Counted from the first letter of the stretch, positions 19,273 through 30,691 are shown. The stretch is 64,000 bases of DNA from a virus (IMGVR_UViG_3300034175_000062:1-64000), one strand, 5' to 3'. Notes: generated by a model from the letters alone, not told the origin. Numbers and translations: made by a program.

Positions 19273-22200
19273 TTACGGAATCGCTGTACGGCCTACGATA
19301 CCACTACGGAGACCATTGTCAGACAGCTTGTTGACCAAGATTGGTGACATAGCCTTTGCTTCAGTCTTAGTCGTAAGATAGAATGAAGCTAGTGACTGAT
19401 TATCTGGCGACCTTACCTGACATAGAATCGTAGTAGCAAGGGTGGTTGCTGACGCGCTCTGTGCCACTAGGTTGTTAACATCATTCACCGTTGAAGCATC
19501 GATGTTCATCGAGAAGTTAACGGTGCCGTACTCATCACTGGTTACCGTGCTACCTGAACCAACACCCGTACCTGCAGTGAGGGTAGGATTTACCACAACC
19601 TTAGCTGAGTAGTCAGACATCGTGACATAGTGTAGGGTACGTGGCTTTAGACCAGAGATCGATACCTGCTGAGTCGAACCAGCTGAGATATACGACAGAG
19701 CATTAAAGTTCTGACCAAGTGACTGAGCGCTGATGTATCCTGGAGTGAGTGTGTTCACCTTACCGGTATACGTTAGCGTAGACAGATTGACTTCTGGCGC
19801 AGCTGGTACTGTGTAAGTGACATCATCAACAGAGTAGTTGACAGTGTACTGCCAAGATCCACTCTTAATGATCACACGGAACGCATACCTGTTACCAGTT
19901 GCTGGATTGTGATTAAAGTACTTCGTGCCGCTCTTGGTAAGGTTACCGCTGAATAGGAACTCCTCCGTACCATCATTGTGTAGCTTAACAACAGCTAGAG
20001 CATCCTTGCCGCTCCAGAACTGGTATGCGACTGAGAACGATGAAGCAACACTCGACATCGTGACGACTAGCTCATCGTACTTCTTAGAGGTCGTTGACTT
20101 CTCTGAACGGAAGACACTTACAGCCTTAGCAGTAACAACCTTGACTGGCACGACTGGCGCAATAGGAGTTACTACAACCGGTGGTGGAACTACAACTGGT
20201 GCAGGTGCTGGCGGAGCTGGAACTGGCTCAGCAACTACAGGAGCCTCGATCACCGGAGCTGGCGTTACCACAACCGGCGGAAGCGTAGGAGGTGGCGGCG
20301 GTGGAGCTGGCGGTGGTGGTGGCTCAGACGCTAGATCCTGATTGACCAGAGTGATCGATGACATTGGGCTAGCGATACGATAACCATGGCCGTGAGTCAT
20401 CAGAGTCGACTCGGTGATAGGAACTACCTTACCATCGATGACGTCTGCCTGATACTCAAGGTTGTCGACCTCTGAGTTCTTCTTGCTGTCGTAGTTATCG
20501 ACATAGAAGCCGAACTTAAAGCGGTTGAGTGAAGGATTAACTGATGATGGGATCACCTTGTCCTTCAGCTCAGATTCGACTAGGCTAAGAGCAACTGAGT
20601 ACTCGATATCACCAATACGACGCTCAAGCTTGCCGATGTCTGACATGGTGTAGACCTTAGGCTGAGCTAGTGCGATATCAGTGTTGCTGGTCTCGCTCTT
20701 GATCGTCTTATCACGGATACGCTTGATCATCAGACGCTCAGAAGACATCTTCTTATCGAGGATCTTGAGAGTCTCACTCGAGAACTTCTCAGGAACGCAT
20801 GGGTAAGAAGGAATTACGAGCTTCTTCAGAATGATGGTATTGTTTGGTACTACTGGATCAGCATATGGCTGACTCTCACCTGGAACACCACGGATTACAT
20901 TGATCTTGTTGCTATTGTTGATAACAACGATATCCTTACGACCTAGGAAGTAAGAACGATCAAATGATACTGCGGTATCTGGTAGTGGGAACTTCTTAGC
21001 ACCTGTACCGTAGCTGATGGTTTCTGCTGGGTTAACAGATGCCGCAGCCGCAGTGATTGCACGGACAGCAGTGTTAGCCACATAAGGACGGAAGTCGATG
21101 CAGTTGATTAGATCGAAGTGAGTACCATTGGTGATGTTCAGCTCTGGGATCTCGAAGCTGTTGACCTTGTTACCAAGATTTGCGAGCGTTAGAGAGTCAT
21201 CCACGAAGCGCTGAGCGGTATTAGCCGATACATACGAGTTAACTGTGTACACACCGGCTGATGCCGTGAAAGCATCAAACTGCACTAGCAGATAAGTGTT
21301 AGCGTTGAGGTTGATGTTAGCATCATTGCGCTTGTAGAGATAGCTAAGACCGTAGTAGTCAGCAGTCTGGTTGTGATCGATATAGAACTGATCAGTTACA
21401 TCAGTGCCAGTCGTGTCGACAGATGATGAGTTACCGAGGTACACTGCACGTAGACGGAAGACGTCTGGATGTCCAAGACACCATGGACCGTTTAGGTAGC
21501 CAGTGTTGGTACCTAGTGCGATCTTAACGAACAGATTACGCTGCGGAACCTTAGCCGTTGGAGTGGTGTTGGTTACCTTTACGTCATATGTAACTGCAAC
21601 GTTAACTGGAGCAGAATCGGCAGTAGTAGCACCGATCGAGATCGTCATCGTCTTGTTGCCACCTGAGAGAGTAGCAGTACCACCAGTGACGCGGTCGAGC
21701 GATACTGGAACACCCTTCGGATATGCACGAGCAGCGAATCCAGCTGCAGCAGTCAGACCAACGTTGGTATCAACGATGATGGTATTTGCAGACTTTCCAG
21801 TTACACGACGGTAGATATAGCCGGTACCTGATGCCGAGATAGAGATGAAGTCACCGATCGCATACTTGTTAGCTTCAGCAGCGACTGAGAAGACTACCGT
21901 ATTTGATGCAGTGCTCACGTTGACAGTACCAACACCACCGTAGGTCGTGAAGATATCGGCCAGAGGCGTGATGATGATCTCTTTGATGTCGTTGTCAGTT
22001 AGGCTCGCGCTGTTATATGCGAATGACTCTGACGGATCAGATAGAAGTGCAGTGATGTTACCTGAAGACTGAAGCTGTAGGGCTTCATTGACCGTACGGT
22101 ACACGTAAGTAAGATTGGTCAGGTTGTTGGTAGCATCTGAACCAGTGTCGATCAGCAGGCTGGTGCCGCTGCTAACGTCCATGAGCTTACAGATGTTGGT

Positions 22201-24150
22201 ATTGCTAGTCGCATCATAAGTAAGTGCAACGTCAGCCATACCCTTGTTAGTACCATCGTACTGGATAGAACGGACTTCAGAGAACCCACGTGATGAGTTC
22301 ATGTTGATGTCGAATAGATACACACGATAGAGTGCAGTTGAAGTGCCAACCTCGCCACTGTCATATACAACGTTACGTACACGAGCAGTACCGATCTGGT
22401 TACCAGAGCCAGTCAGCGCGTATGCTGCTAGAGAAGCGCTATTCGATAGCTTAGTACCAGCAGTATCGAAGAGCCTGATAACAGGAGCACTCGCAAAGCT
22501 GATGACACCAACCATTTCGTTAACTAGGATGTAGTTACCGTAAGAGATAGATGCTGCTAGGTTAGACGCCGAACGAGAATCGATACCCTTGTCGACGTTC
22601 TTGTAATAGTTGGTCTGAGTCTCAACACGATAGCCGTCGATGTAACCTTTGCCTGGATCGATAACTGCAGCGAACTTCTGGCCCTCTAGAGCCTGATCGG
22701 TGCTTGAGCTAGTCGTTACTAGGAACTGGTCAAGTACGAAGTTGCCTGACTGCTCGTTAGTACGAATAGCCATCTCGTCCATGATTGAGTTGAACTGAGT
22801 GCGCTTGTTCTCACGGTAAGGATATCCCTCAGAGAACTCAACGATTGAGAAGAACTCGTTATTAGCCGATGCATCATCGCTGTTGAGAACAACTAGTCTT
22901 GGCTCTAGGTTCAGACGATCAGCACCCGGAGCAAACTCATTACGAGTGCCGCTTGAGTTGTCCAGTAGAGACTGGTCGTTGTTAGAGTCGACGATGTTCT
23001 CGACTGAGTCAAAGCCGATTGAAACCTGATCTGGGAGTGGTGAGTACTTGTCGACAATGACCGTTTGGTCATTAACACTGACGAAGTAACCCTTCTGGTA
23101 GATAACACCAGAAGTAACACTGAACGCGTAGCCAGAACCTACTGAGTTTGCCTTAGTAGATACGGTTAGCTGGGCGATGTAGTTACGGCCTGATAGACCG
23201 AGGTCGGTGTAGTTCCTAGCGCCAATCGCATTGCTGACACCAGATGACTTGATCGTTACATATGGAGTAACGTAGTAGCCAGAACCACGTGCAGAGATAT
23301 TGATCGATGCAATCTTACCGATATCTGCTGAAGTGATAGCACTTGCCTTAGCACCGTCACCGATACGCTCTAGAACGTTACCAGTTGCATTGCTTACACT
23401 TCCAACGATGTCTAGACCAGGAGTGAACTCCCAGATCGTAGCTGAGATGGCAGTGTTGGTTAGATCGGTCTGACGTGGACGGATCTTAAGAACCTTCTTA
23501 CCGTCTACGGTCGCGATGCTATCGATGATAGCGATATGCGTGTTACCAGCCTGAGTGATCGTCTCACCGACAGTGAAAGCAGCAGTTGAGCTTACATTAA
23601 CAGATAGAGCTGAACAGAATACAACAGCATCGTTGTTAGAGAAACCTGAGCTACCGTTGGTGATCACCACCTTATTGACTGAGTTCAGGTAGTCATAAAC
23701 AGTCAGCGATGCGCCAGGAGTGAACGACGTTTCAATTCCTGAGATACCTGAGTTGATGTAACGAAGGTAAAGCGTCTTGAGGTCTGGATCAGTCGACTCA
23801 TAACCATCTTGTGAGTTGATGATGTGAGCGGTTAGATTCGTGACAGGGTCAACCGCGAAGTTAGACACATAGAGCGCAGGCGCGGCAGGGATACCATCAA
23901 GCTGGCTGTCCGAGATCTTGATGTACGGATAGCTGTCATGATAGATGAAGTTAACACCATCGATGATAGTGCCACGCTTATAGATGTTGTTGCCGAACTT
24001 CTCGATCTGGTTCTGAAGGATCGTCTGGAGCTGGTTTAGCTCGCGAACCTGAACAGCAGTCTTCGGCTTGAAGAGAACCTTGTAGAAGTTCTTATCATCG
24101 CTGAAGTCATCAAAATACGGCGAGACACTTAGGTCTTTGTTAATCGGCAT
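19273..24150 (-). CDS. DUF4815/VrlC-like baseplate structural protein with Pro-rich linker
   Basis: SPYFDDF..FYKVLFKP..VQVRELNQLQTILQNQ, APGADRL, YTMSDIGKLERRI. Confidence 0.8.
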   Translation of the reverse strand: MPINKDLSVSPYFDDFSDDKNFYKVLFKPKTAVQVRELNQLQTILQNQIEKFGNNIYKRGTIIDGVNFIYHDSYPYIKISDSQLDGIPAAPALYVSNFAVDPVTNLTAHIINSQDGYESTDPDLKTLYLRYINSGISGIETSFTPGASLTVYDYLNSVNKVVITNGSSGFSNNDAVVFCSALSVNVSSTAAFTVGETITQAGNTHIAIIDSIATVDGKKVLKIRPRQTDLTNTAISATIWEFTPGLDIVGSVSNATGNVLERIGDGAKASAITSADIGKIASINISARGSGYYVTPYVTIKSSGVSNAIGARNYTDLGLSGRNYIAQLTVSTKANSVGSGYAFSVTSGVIYQKGYFVSVNDQTVIVDKYSPLPDQVSIGFDSVENIVDSNNDQSLLDNSSGTRNEFAPGADRLNLEPRLVVLNSDDASANNEFFSIVEFSEGYPYRENKRTQFNSIMDEMAIRTNEQSGNFVLDQFLVTTSSSTDQALEGQKFAAVIDPGKGYIDGYRVETQTNYYKNVDKGIDSRSASNLAASISYGNYILVNEMVGVISFASAPVIRLFDTAGTKLSNSASLAAYALTGSGNQIGTARVRNVVYDSGEVGTSTALYRVYLFDINMNSSRGFSEVRSIQYDGTNKGMADVALTYDATSNTNICKLMDVSSGTSLLIDTGSDATNNLTNLTYVYRTVNEALQLQSSGNITALLSDPSESFAYNSASLTDNDIKEIIITPLADIFTTYGGVGTVNVSTASNTVVFSVAAEANKYAIGDFISISASGTGYIYRRVTGKSANTIIVDTNVGLTAAAGFAARAYPKGVPVSLDRVTGGTATLSGGNKTMTISIGATTADSAPVNVAVTYDVKVTNTTPTAKVPQRNLFVKIALGTNTGYLNGPWCLGHPDVFRLRAVYLGNSSSVDTTGTDVTDQFYIDHNQTADYYGLSYLYKRNDANINLNANTYLLVQFDAFTASAGVYTVNSYVSANTAQRFVDDSLTLANLGNKVNSFEIPELNITNGTHFDLINCIDFRPYVANTAVRAITAAAASVNPAETISYGTGAKKFPLPDTAVSFDRSYFLGRKDIVVINNSNKINVIRGVPGESQPYADPVVPNNTIILKKLVIPSYPCVPEKFSSETLKILDKKMSSERLMIKRIRDKTIKSETSNTDIALAQPKVYTMSDIGKLERRIGDIEYSVALSLVESELKDKVIPSSVNPSLNRFKFGFYVDNYDSKKNSEVDNLEYQADVIDGKVVPITESTLMTHGHGYRIASPMSSITLVNQDLASEPPPPPAPPPPPPTLPPVVVTPAPVIEAPVVAEPVPAPPAPAPVVVPPPVVVTPIAPVVPVKVVTAKAVSVFRSEKSTTSKKYDELVVTMSSVASSFSVAYQFWSGKDALAVVKLHNDGTEEFLFSGNLTKSGTKYFNHNPATGNRYAFRVIIKSGSWQYTVNYSVDDVTYTVPAAPEVNLSTLTYTGKVNTLTPGYISAQSLGQNFNALSYISAGSTQQVSISGLKPRTLHYVTMSDYSAKVVVNPTLTAGTGVGSGSTVTSDEYGTVNFSMNIDASTVNDVNNLVAQSASATTLATTILCQVRSPDNQSLASFYLTTKTEAKAMSPILVNKLSDNGLRSGIVGRTAIP

Positions 24151-24159
24151 CTATGTCCC

Positions 24160-26211
24160 TTAAAAGTCTAGAATAAGCTTGAACGTCTCAGTGTTTTCGC
24201 CCGTACGCGTGATTGGAGTGAAGTTCTCCACGTACAGTATTTCGCCTGATCCGAAAACTAGATCTGGTAAGTATTTATTCGTCAGCTCTGCAATTGCGCC
24301 ACTAGTATATCCAACAATTTCATCAGTTAGATCTACACCATCAACAGCAGTATTAAAGATACCAGTCTGATGTGTAGTATAGATTCGTGAAGTGCCGGTA
24401 ATATCATCATGAAGGATCGAGTGGAAGTTAGCCTGAGCGACAGCATTTGCTACCTGGAATACCTTCTCATCGGCGATGAATGCTCCCTGAGTGATAGAAC
24501 CGATGTAGGTCGTGCACTGGAGGAAGGTGTTAAAGCCCTTCGTCTTATCAGTGATCTTAACACCAGTTACAACACCATGAGTACCAGTCTCAGCACCAAC
24601 GATCATGTCACCAGTCTGAATGATACCATTGAACTTGGTAACATCGACCTTGTCAGCAGAGAAGCCATCAACCAGACCATTAGCAGACGTATTAGCAAAG
24701 TATACGTTAGCGGTATATGTGCCAAGTGTATCAAAGGTCGCTGGACGATCTACAACGATAGCCGAAGCAGATACACCAGTTACGTTAGCTAGCATCTGAG
24801 CTGCACCGTACTTGAACAGAAGCGTATCACCCGCCTTCAGGTTCTCATTAGGTGTCATACCGTTCACGTTCAACTGCGCTTGAAGAACGTTGTTAGCATT
24901 CTTCATCGTAGAAACGGTACCAGCTAGCTGAACAGGGTTGACCTTGTATACTTGCTCGTTAGTACTGAACTGCTGGTTCAGACCGCTGAGTGATAGGGTT
25001 ACCTTATTGAACTGTGGATTCTTAATCAGACCCCATTGCGAGTAGTCATTATCGACGATAACAGTATTCGCCTCAGTGCCAGTTAGACTGATACCAAGAC
25101 CGACATAGTGACCACCGAGCTCAGCTGCCGAATCATATCCATGGCCATTAGTTGGCGAGTAGACTGGTAGAAGTTCAGCTAGTTCGGTTACACCAACTGA
25201 AGCAGAATACATAACAGAAGCTGAAGCTACATGGTAGTCACGGCCCTTATCTAGCATTTCTACGTGATTTACAGTATTGCCGTTAGTATCGATGATAGCA
25301 CGAGCATGAGCTTCAATAGTTTCAGATCCGTCACCCTTAATACGGACAGAAGGATAGATCTCGAATGTAGAAGTGTTCTGCGGAAGATCAGAAGAGTCAA
25401 ACGCGTCACTGAGCTCTACGAAGTTATAGGTCGTATTAGAAGAATAGCTCTCGATCATACGGAACTGGCCGGCTCCTGGACCTGAGCTGATGTACATCCA
25501 ACAGGCGTCATAGAAGCCGTTAGCTGTAGAAGCGTTCTTAGTCGAGATGCCGTAGATCTTTGGATCACCGTTTAGACGGATATCACCAACACCCAGCTTA
25601 CCTTTGATGTAGTTCGAGTAGCCCTTACCCGCACCTAGTACCGAGATGGTATCAACTGCTCCAGCAATAGCCTTAGCCTTTACGCCAGCATCGGTAAACA
25701 CTGGGAAGAAGTCTGGGGTAGCGAACGCGTTGACAGCATCTTCAGAAGCTGAATACATGTACTTCCAACGGTAACCATCATTTGGATAGTAGAAGTCGTC
25801 ATTGTCTAGTCCGACATTGCTACGTGATGGAGTGATAGTCGACACTGCGCCCTGATTGTTATCGAGGCACTTGAAGACGTCATATTGACTGCCTTCCTTG
25901 ACTATAACATAGAACGGACGCTCATATAGATTAGGATCAGTATGATCGTACTTTGCATACACCTTACCGACCACATAGTCATAGCGCTTGACCATTAGGT
26001 TCGTATTCAGCGAGGTGACACGCTTACCGAAGATCATATTGTAATACGTGCTGAGCAGCGTATCACGAGCGTTATCTGTCGGCTGAACGATGGTGTTCGG
26101 ATTGAGGTGATTACCTACGAAGAAGTAATACTGATTATCAGTCACAGACTGGATGAAACGCTCAGCCGAATCCAACCTATACCCAGTCGTTAGTAGTGAC
26201 TTTGATTCCAT
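24160..26211 (-). CDS. gp8: baseplate wedge subunit (gp8-like)
   Basis: VFKCLDNN, DGYRWKYMY, GHGYD, SGEILYVEN..ITR..ETFKLILDF. Confidence 0.88.
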   Translation of the reverse strand: MESKSLLTTGYRLDSAERFIQSVTDNQYYFFVGNHLNPNTIVQPTDNARDTLLSTYYNMIFGKRVTSLNTNLMVKRYDYVVGKVYAKYDHTDPNLYERPFYVIVKEGSQYDVFKCLDNNQGAVSTITPSRSNVGLDNDDFYYPNDGYRWKYMYSASEDAVNAFATPDFFPVFTDAGVKAKAIAGAVDTISVLGAGKGYSNYIKGKLGVGDIRLNGDPKIYGISTKNASTANGFYDACWMYISSGPGAGQFRMIESYSSNTTYNFVELSDAFDSSDLPQNTSTFEIYPSVRIKGDGSETIEAHARAIIDTNGNTVNHVEMLDKGRDYHVASASVMYSASVGVTELAELLPVYSPTNGHGYDSAAELGGHYVGLGISLTGTEANTVIVDNDYSQWGLIKNPQFNKVTLSLSGLNQQFSTNEQVYKVNPVQLAGTVSTMKNANNVLQAQLNVNGMTPNENLKAGDTLLFKYGAAQMLANVTGVSASAIVVDRPATFDTLGTYTANVYFANTSANGLVDGFSADKVDVTKFNGIIQTGDMIVGAETGTHGVVTGVKITDKTKGFNTFLQCTTYIGSITQGAFIADEKVFQVANAVAQANFHSILHDDITGTSRIYTTHQTGIFNTAVDGVDLTDEIVGYTSGAIAELTNKYLPDLVFGSGEILYVENFTPITRTGENTETFKLILDF

Positions 26212-26222
26212 TGTTAGTCCTA

Positions 26223-28805
26223 TTAGTTGAGGAAGCCCGGCAGATACATGGTGTTCTTACCTTCATCGAAGATCAGAGCATCCATACCAAACATGCTGAC
26301 GCCGAATGCAGAAGCAGTGGTCGTCTGTGAGTTTGCAGTGCTTGCCTTGAGGATCGACGAGAACGACTTAGTGCCAGTAACATGCAGGATGTTCTTAAGC
26401 ATCTCAGAATATCTATTGACGGTGATCGGTGACTTAATCTCATACGAGAAGTCCTGGTAATACTCACCATCGTACAGGTATTTATTCGAACTCAGGAAAC
26501 CAGAAGTAGTCTTATAGTAGCCGCTCGCTTTACCTTGAGTTTGAACAGTCGAGATCGCAGTACCAGACCTCAGAAGATCTAGTGATGTGAACTGTAGCTC
26601 TTCGTTATCACGGTAGTTGAAACCAGAGTCAGATACCTTCAGAGTCAGGACGGCGCTGTTAGATGAGGTAACCTTTGTGTTAACTACAGCGTTCTTACCA
26701 GCTACACCCTCGACATCCTCAGTGATCTCAATCGGAAGCGACTGGAAGCCAGACGTTTCACCTTTGATGATATACGGAGTAGTATTACCAAGCGCCCAAC
26801 GAGTCTCGTAGGTTAGTCGACGGATATGAACTTCAGAAGTGTTAGCAAACTTCACTAGACCCTTTGCGCCTTGGGCTGCCTGCGTTACTAGCTCACCGAG
26901 TGCGTATACGCCGGTTGGGTTCTTAAGACGGATAAGGTGATCCATCTTGTGAAGAGGCGCGATAAGCGGATCGATAGGAACAGCGAATGGAGCATACGAA
27001 TAACCACGACCTGGGTTAGCAAACTCAAGACGTGCAATAGTTCCAATGGTCTTAGCTTCGAATCGTAGAGCCTCGCCTAGAATTGGTGCATTTTTGTTAG
27101 CGTTATTGAGCGATGCGCCATAAGAAGCTGAGTTGATCCAGTTCCTTTGATCAGTTTCATCGAGGTGATCACGAACATAGTTCGGATTGATCATAACTGC
27201 TTCAGGGTTGAGTAGATCAGTATCGAATCCAACACTAGCACCATCACCGAATGGAACTAGCTGAACAGTACCGCTGAATAGCGAATTGTTAGAAGTGTCC
27301 TTGACTAGGTTGCCGAATATGTTGGTGAAGTTGTGGGTAACATCACGCAGACCGATATCAAAGGAAGCAGACGCGATAGCCACATTGCCATCAGCTGATT
27401 CGCCTTTGAGTGGCTGGTTAGTTAGGAACAGACCCTCGATGTTGTTCAGCTTTAGAGTAAACGTGTTCGAGGTAACATTGCCAACATCCATAACCTTCGC
27501 GCGAGCAAAGATCTGGTTGTTAGATGAAATCTGATACACAAATTCGTCCTTGGTGAACGAAGTACTCTTACCAAGGCAGCTGAGCGTAAAGGTGTTAGAC
27601 ATACCGGTGGTCGTACCAGATGCAGATACGTCTACCCAGCCAGCGTTATAGATCATAAAGCTAGCAGTGTTGCCTGCCTTATAATACGTGTAAGGAGCTG
27701 CAGTGTAAGGTGAACTATTGCCCGATATAGTCGACATCAGATAATAATTGCTAGTGTTGGTGTTACCATACTCAGCAGACAGAATCCTACTTACACCACG
27801 AACCGCTCCATTTGCCGCATAGTTGAAGACCGTATCTCCAATAGCAAATGCAGTCGTGTTTGCATACCACTGGACGTTAGCCATCGGCTGAACTATAGTA
27901 GTTAGTCGCTCGTATAGTGTAGCATTGGTGGTCGTCTGAAGCTGGACGTTAGCCAGCTGGAGAACCTTTTCAGACAGATAGATGTGTGCGTTAGAGGTAT
28001 ATCCCCAACCGCCGTCGTCTAGCCTGAAGTTAACGATACCGGTGATCGTCTCTAGGCTCTGGACGAGTGCCTTACCCTGAGCGCCAGTACGTGAGTCGAG
28101 AGAAACAACATCACCTACAGCGAATCCGTCACCACCATCAGTTACAGTAAGCGAGGTGAGAGAACCAATCATCGATGGGTACTGAGTCAGATCTTCAACG
28201 CTCTCGCCAGAGAGGCTGATGATCTCACCAGTTTTGAACTGTCCGGCAATAGCCGAGATGTAGAACACCTCGATGTAGCTCTTCTTGACCTTACGACGTA
28301 CTAGCTTCTCTACGAATGCAGTAGCGCCTGAGTACACGCCACGAATCTGACGTCCAACCATAAGACGGTTGATCGGCTCAGCAGTTACTTCGATGTAAGA
28401 TGGAATAGTCCAGTCAGCATCAGAAAGCTTGAATACATCTTCACCAGGATAGTACACCTCTGATGGAGATGAGAAGATCAGGTCGAAGAACAGCTTGATC
28501 GAGTTCTCGGTGCCCTTAGAACGGTACAAATCGATCGAGTTTTTGGTAAGCTGCTTAGTATTTGTAGCCGTGTTGAGCTGGATGTTCTTGAGATACTTCT
28601 CTTTGAAGTAGACAATGAACTTATCAACCGTAGTGTCTACGTCGTGGTCCGAAAGATAGTGACGCGCCTGAAACACTGGAGAGGTAGGATCCGTCTCCAG
28701 CCAAACATAATACTGCTTCACGAACTCAACAAGAAACTCTCCCTCCTCACGATAGATCGCTGGGAATTGCTGCTCAATGAAATTCGAGAGTGTATCTTGG
28801 TTCAT
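26223..28805 (-). CDS. gp7: baseplate wedge initiator (gp7-like)
   Basis: QFPAIYRE, YRSKGTENS, YYQDFSYEIKS, ILHVTG. Confidence 0.82.
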   Translation of the reverse strand: MNQDTLSNFIEQQFPAIYREEGEFLVEFVKQYYVWLETDPTSPVFQARHYLSDHDVDTTVDKFIVYFKEKYLKNIQLNTATNTKQLTKNSIDLYRSKGTENSIKLFFDLIFSSPSEVYYPGEDVFKLSDADWTIPSYIEVTAEPINRLMVGRQIRGVYSGATAFVEKLVRRKVKKSYIEVFYISAIAGQFKTGEIISLSGESVEDLTQYPSMIGSLTSLTVTDGGDGFAVGDVVSLDSRTGAQGKALVQSLETITGIVNFRLDDGGWGYTSNAHIYLSEKVLQLANVQLQTTTNATLYERLTTIVQPMANVQWYANTTAFAIGDTVFNYAANGAVRGVSRILSAEYGNTNTSNYYLMSTISGNSSPYTAAPYTYYKAGNTASFMIYNAGWVDVSASGTTTGMSNTFTLSCLGKSTSFTKDEFVYQISSNNQIFARAKVMDVGNVTSNTFTLKLNNIEGLFLTNQPLKGESADGNVAIASASFDIGLRDVTHNFTNIFGNLVKDTSNNSLFSGTVQLVPFGDGASVGFDTDLLNPEAVMINPNYVRDHLDETDQRNWINSASYGASLNNANKNAPILGEALRFEAKTIGTIARLEFANPGRGYSYAPFAVPIDPLIAPLHKMDHLIRLKNPTGVYALGELVTQAAQGAKGLVKFANTSEVHIRRLTYETRWALGNTTPYIIKGETSGFQSLPIEITEDVEGVAGKNAVVNTKVTSSNSAVLTLKVSDSGFNYRDNEELQFTSLDLLRSGTAISTVQTQGKASGYYKTTSGFLSSNKYLYDGEYYQDFSYEIKSPITVNRYSEMLKNILHVTGTKSFSSILKASTANSQTTTASAFGVSMFGMDALIFDEGKNTMYLPGFLN

Positions 28806-30613
28806 TATTCGCGGACCGTTTCTACGTTAATGTTGACTTCATCTAGCTCGATGCGGAAGATGTCATTACGAGCAGATGTAATGTCCTTGGTCGCTGCTAG
28901 TGCGAAAAGACGAATACTCGTACCGTCGTACTTATCTACACTCAGATTGGTCAGCTGAAGCTTACCGTTCCTATAGTCGACAGTACCAATGTCCTTAACC
29001 TTGGTGTATGTACTTCCGGTTGGTGCCATTAGACGGAGGTTACCATTGCCGTCGTCTTCGATGATAACAGTCTGATTGTTATACGTGAAGGTCGATGAAT
29101 AGATGGTGCGAAGTTCAGTTGATGCGTGCTGAGAAGCTAGCTCAGGCACGTCAGAACGTAAGCTAATACCATAGCTTACGTCGATGTTCTGTGTGATACC
29201 AAGTACTGGTGTGATCTTCTTGTACACGCGAGTATCAGTCTCGTTAGATACGATAGCTGGGTGAGCGTCATCGATAGAACGAGTAAAGCGTGAGTTATAG
29301 AGGGTCGAACTAAAGTCGTTCATCTGACCACTATTGTATTCGAAGATCTTTGCTGCCACGAGTAGACGAATCTCTTCAGGCTTTAGAGTAGTAACGTTCA
29401 GGTTGTACTTTACGTTAGTATCTACACGACAGTAGAGATAAGTTGGGTCTACAAAGACCGGCTGGATTGGACCAACCATCTTTGGCTTAATAAAGTTGTA
29501 GTATTCTTGCTTCTTCGATTCTGGGATAGCATCGATACCAGCTAGGCTTAGTGCGATGAAGACCTTGCCATAAGCAGGCGGAATAGTCGTCTCACCGCCA
29601 TAGACAGACACAGCGTCGATCTCTGGGAATCCACTCCTGAACAGATCCTCATAGTCGCCATCAGCCACAGCCCTTTCCTGAGTCTGGAAGTGACGAGGAG
29701 CATTGAACTTGATAGAAGCGATAGATTCTGGTGCGTCTCCACCTAGTGCCTTGACCGTGGTCTTGACAGATAGACGACCTGAGTTGTCGCTGGTAAGATC
29801 ACCATCAATCGTGAACAGTGTTGCACCATTTGCAATAGCACCAGTTGCAATACGATACTGGACCTGAACTACTGCACCATTCTTAGGACGACGACCAATG
29901 ATGTCATCACCAAAGATCACTTCGTACTTGTCTTGCTCAGTCGCCTGTAGGAAGAACTTAGTCGAATTGGCATCTAGACCTAGAAGCGAACTAGACTCAG
30001 TGTAGTTAACGATAGATGACTGACCATCCTCGATAGAATTGACAACTATTGAAGTCGTATCAATCATCGAGTTAGAAAGAATGAAACGCAGACTCTCATT
30101 GGTGTAGTCCATCACGAAAGTCTCAGTTACATAGAAGCCTTCGTAGATATCGAACTCATCGGTCACAAACTTGTAGGTATTGCTGACCTTATCTAGAGGC
30201 GCAAAGAAGACCTTGACCGAATCAGTAGAGAAACTGAAGGTCTGGAAGTTGTAAGTAGCCGTGAACGTAGTTCCCTTTGGGATCGTAAGTACATTGCTAT
30301 TGTTTTGCTCTAGGATCAGTTTTACAGTTGCTTTAGCTGAACGGGCAGAACGTGGACGGTAGTTTAGCTCTTTAGCATGCGATACTACAGAAGAACGAAG
30401 CTGTGCGGAATCAAGGAATGACTCAGACGCTAGCATGTTCATGTAGTGAGCGTTAAGTGATGTATTATACGCAAGGACGTCCAGCAATACCGACATGTTA
30501 GAACCGTCGAAATCGTAATCCTTGAAGATCTGTTGTGAACGAAGATGACTCTTTAGGTTAGCTTTGATCGCATCAAAGTCCAGAGTCGCCAAAGTTATTG
30601 AATTGTTAGCCAT
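28805..30613 (-). CDS. gp6: baseplate wedge subunit (gp6)
   Basis: LDFDAIK, DYDFDGS, LLDVLAYNT, ESFLDSA, QERAV..DY. Confidence 0.95.
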   Translation of the reverse strand: MANNSITLATLDFDAIKANLKSHLRSQQIFKDYDFDGSNMSVLLDVLAYNTSLNAHYMNMLASESFLDSAQLRSSVVSHAKELNYRPRSARSAKATVKLILEQNNSNVLTIPKGTTFTATYNFQTFSFSTDSVKVFFAPLDKVSNTYKFVTDEFDIYEGFYVTETFVMDYTNESLRFILSNSMIDTTSIVVNSIEDGQSSIVNYTESSSLLGLDANSTKFFLQATEQDKYEVIFGDDIIGRRPKNGAVVQVQYRIATGAIANGATLFTIDGDLTSDNSGRLSVKTTVKALGGDAPESIASIKFNAPRHFQTQERAVADGDYEDLFRSGFPEIDAVSVYGGETTIPPAYGKVFIALSLAGIDAIPESKKQEYYNFIKPKMVGPIQPVFVDPTYLYCRVDTNVKYNLNVTTLKPEEIRLLVAAKIFEYNSGQMNDFSSTLYNSRFTRSIDDAHPAIVSNETDTRVYKKITPVLGITQNIDVSYGISLRSDVPELASQHASTELRTIYSSTFTYNNQTVIIEDDGNGNLRLMAPTGSTYTKVKDIGTVDYRNGKLQLTNLSVDKYDGTSIRLFALAATKDITSARNDIFRIELDEVNINVETVRE

Positions 30614-30662
30614 GGGATCCCAGTGCGTTAGAGTCTCTTTTAGTATTTAGCACTTTTGTTAT

Positions 30663-30691
30663 TGACAATTTCCAGCACACATGATATAAGG
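30663..30691 (+). promoter_or_regulatory. sigma70-type promoter
   Basis: TTGACA-N17-TATAAG, divergent from gp6. Confidence 0.7.
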
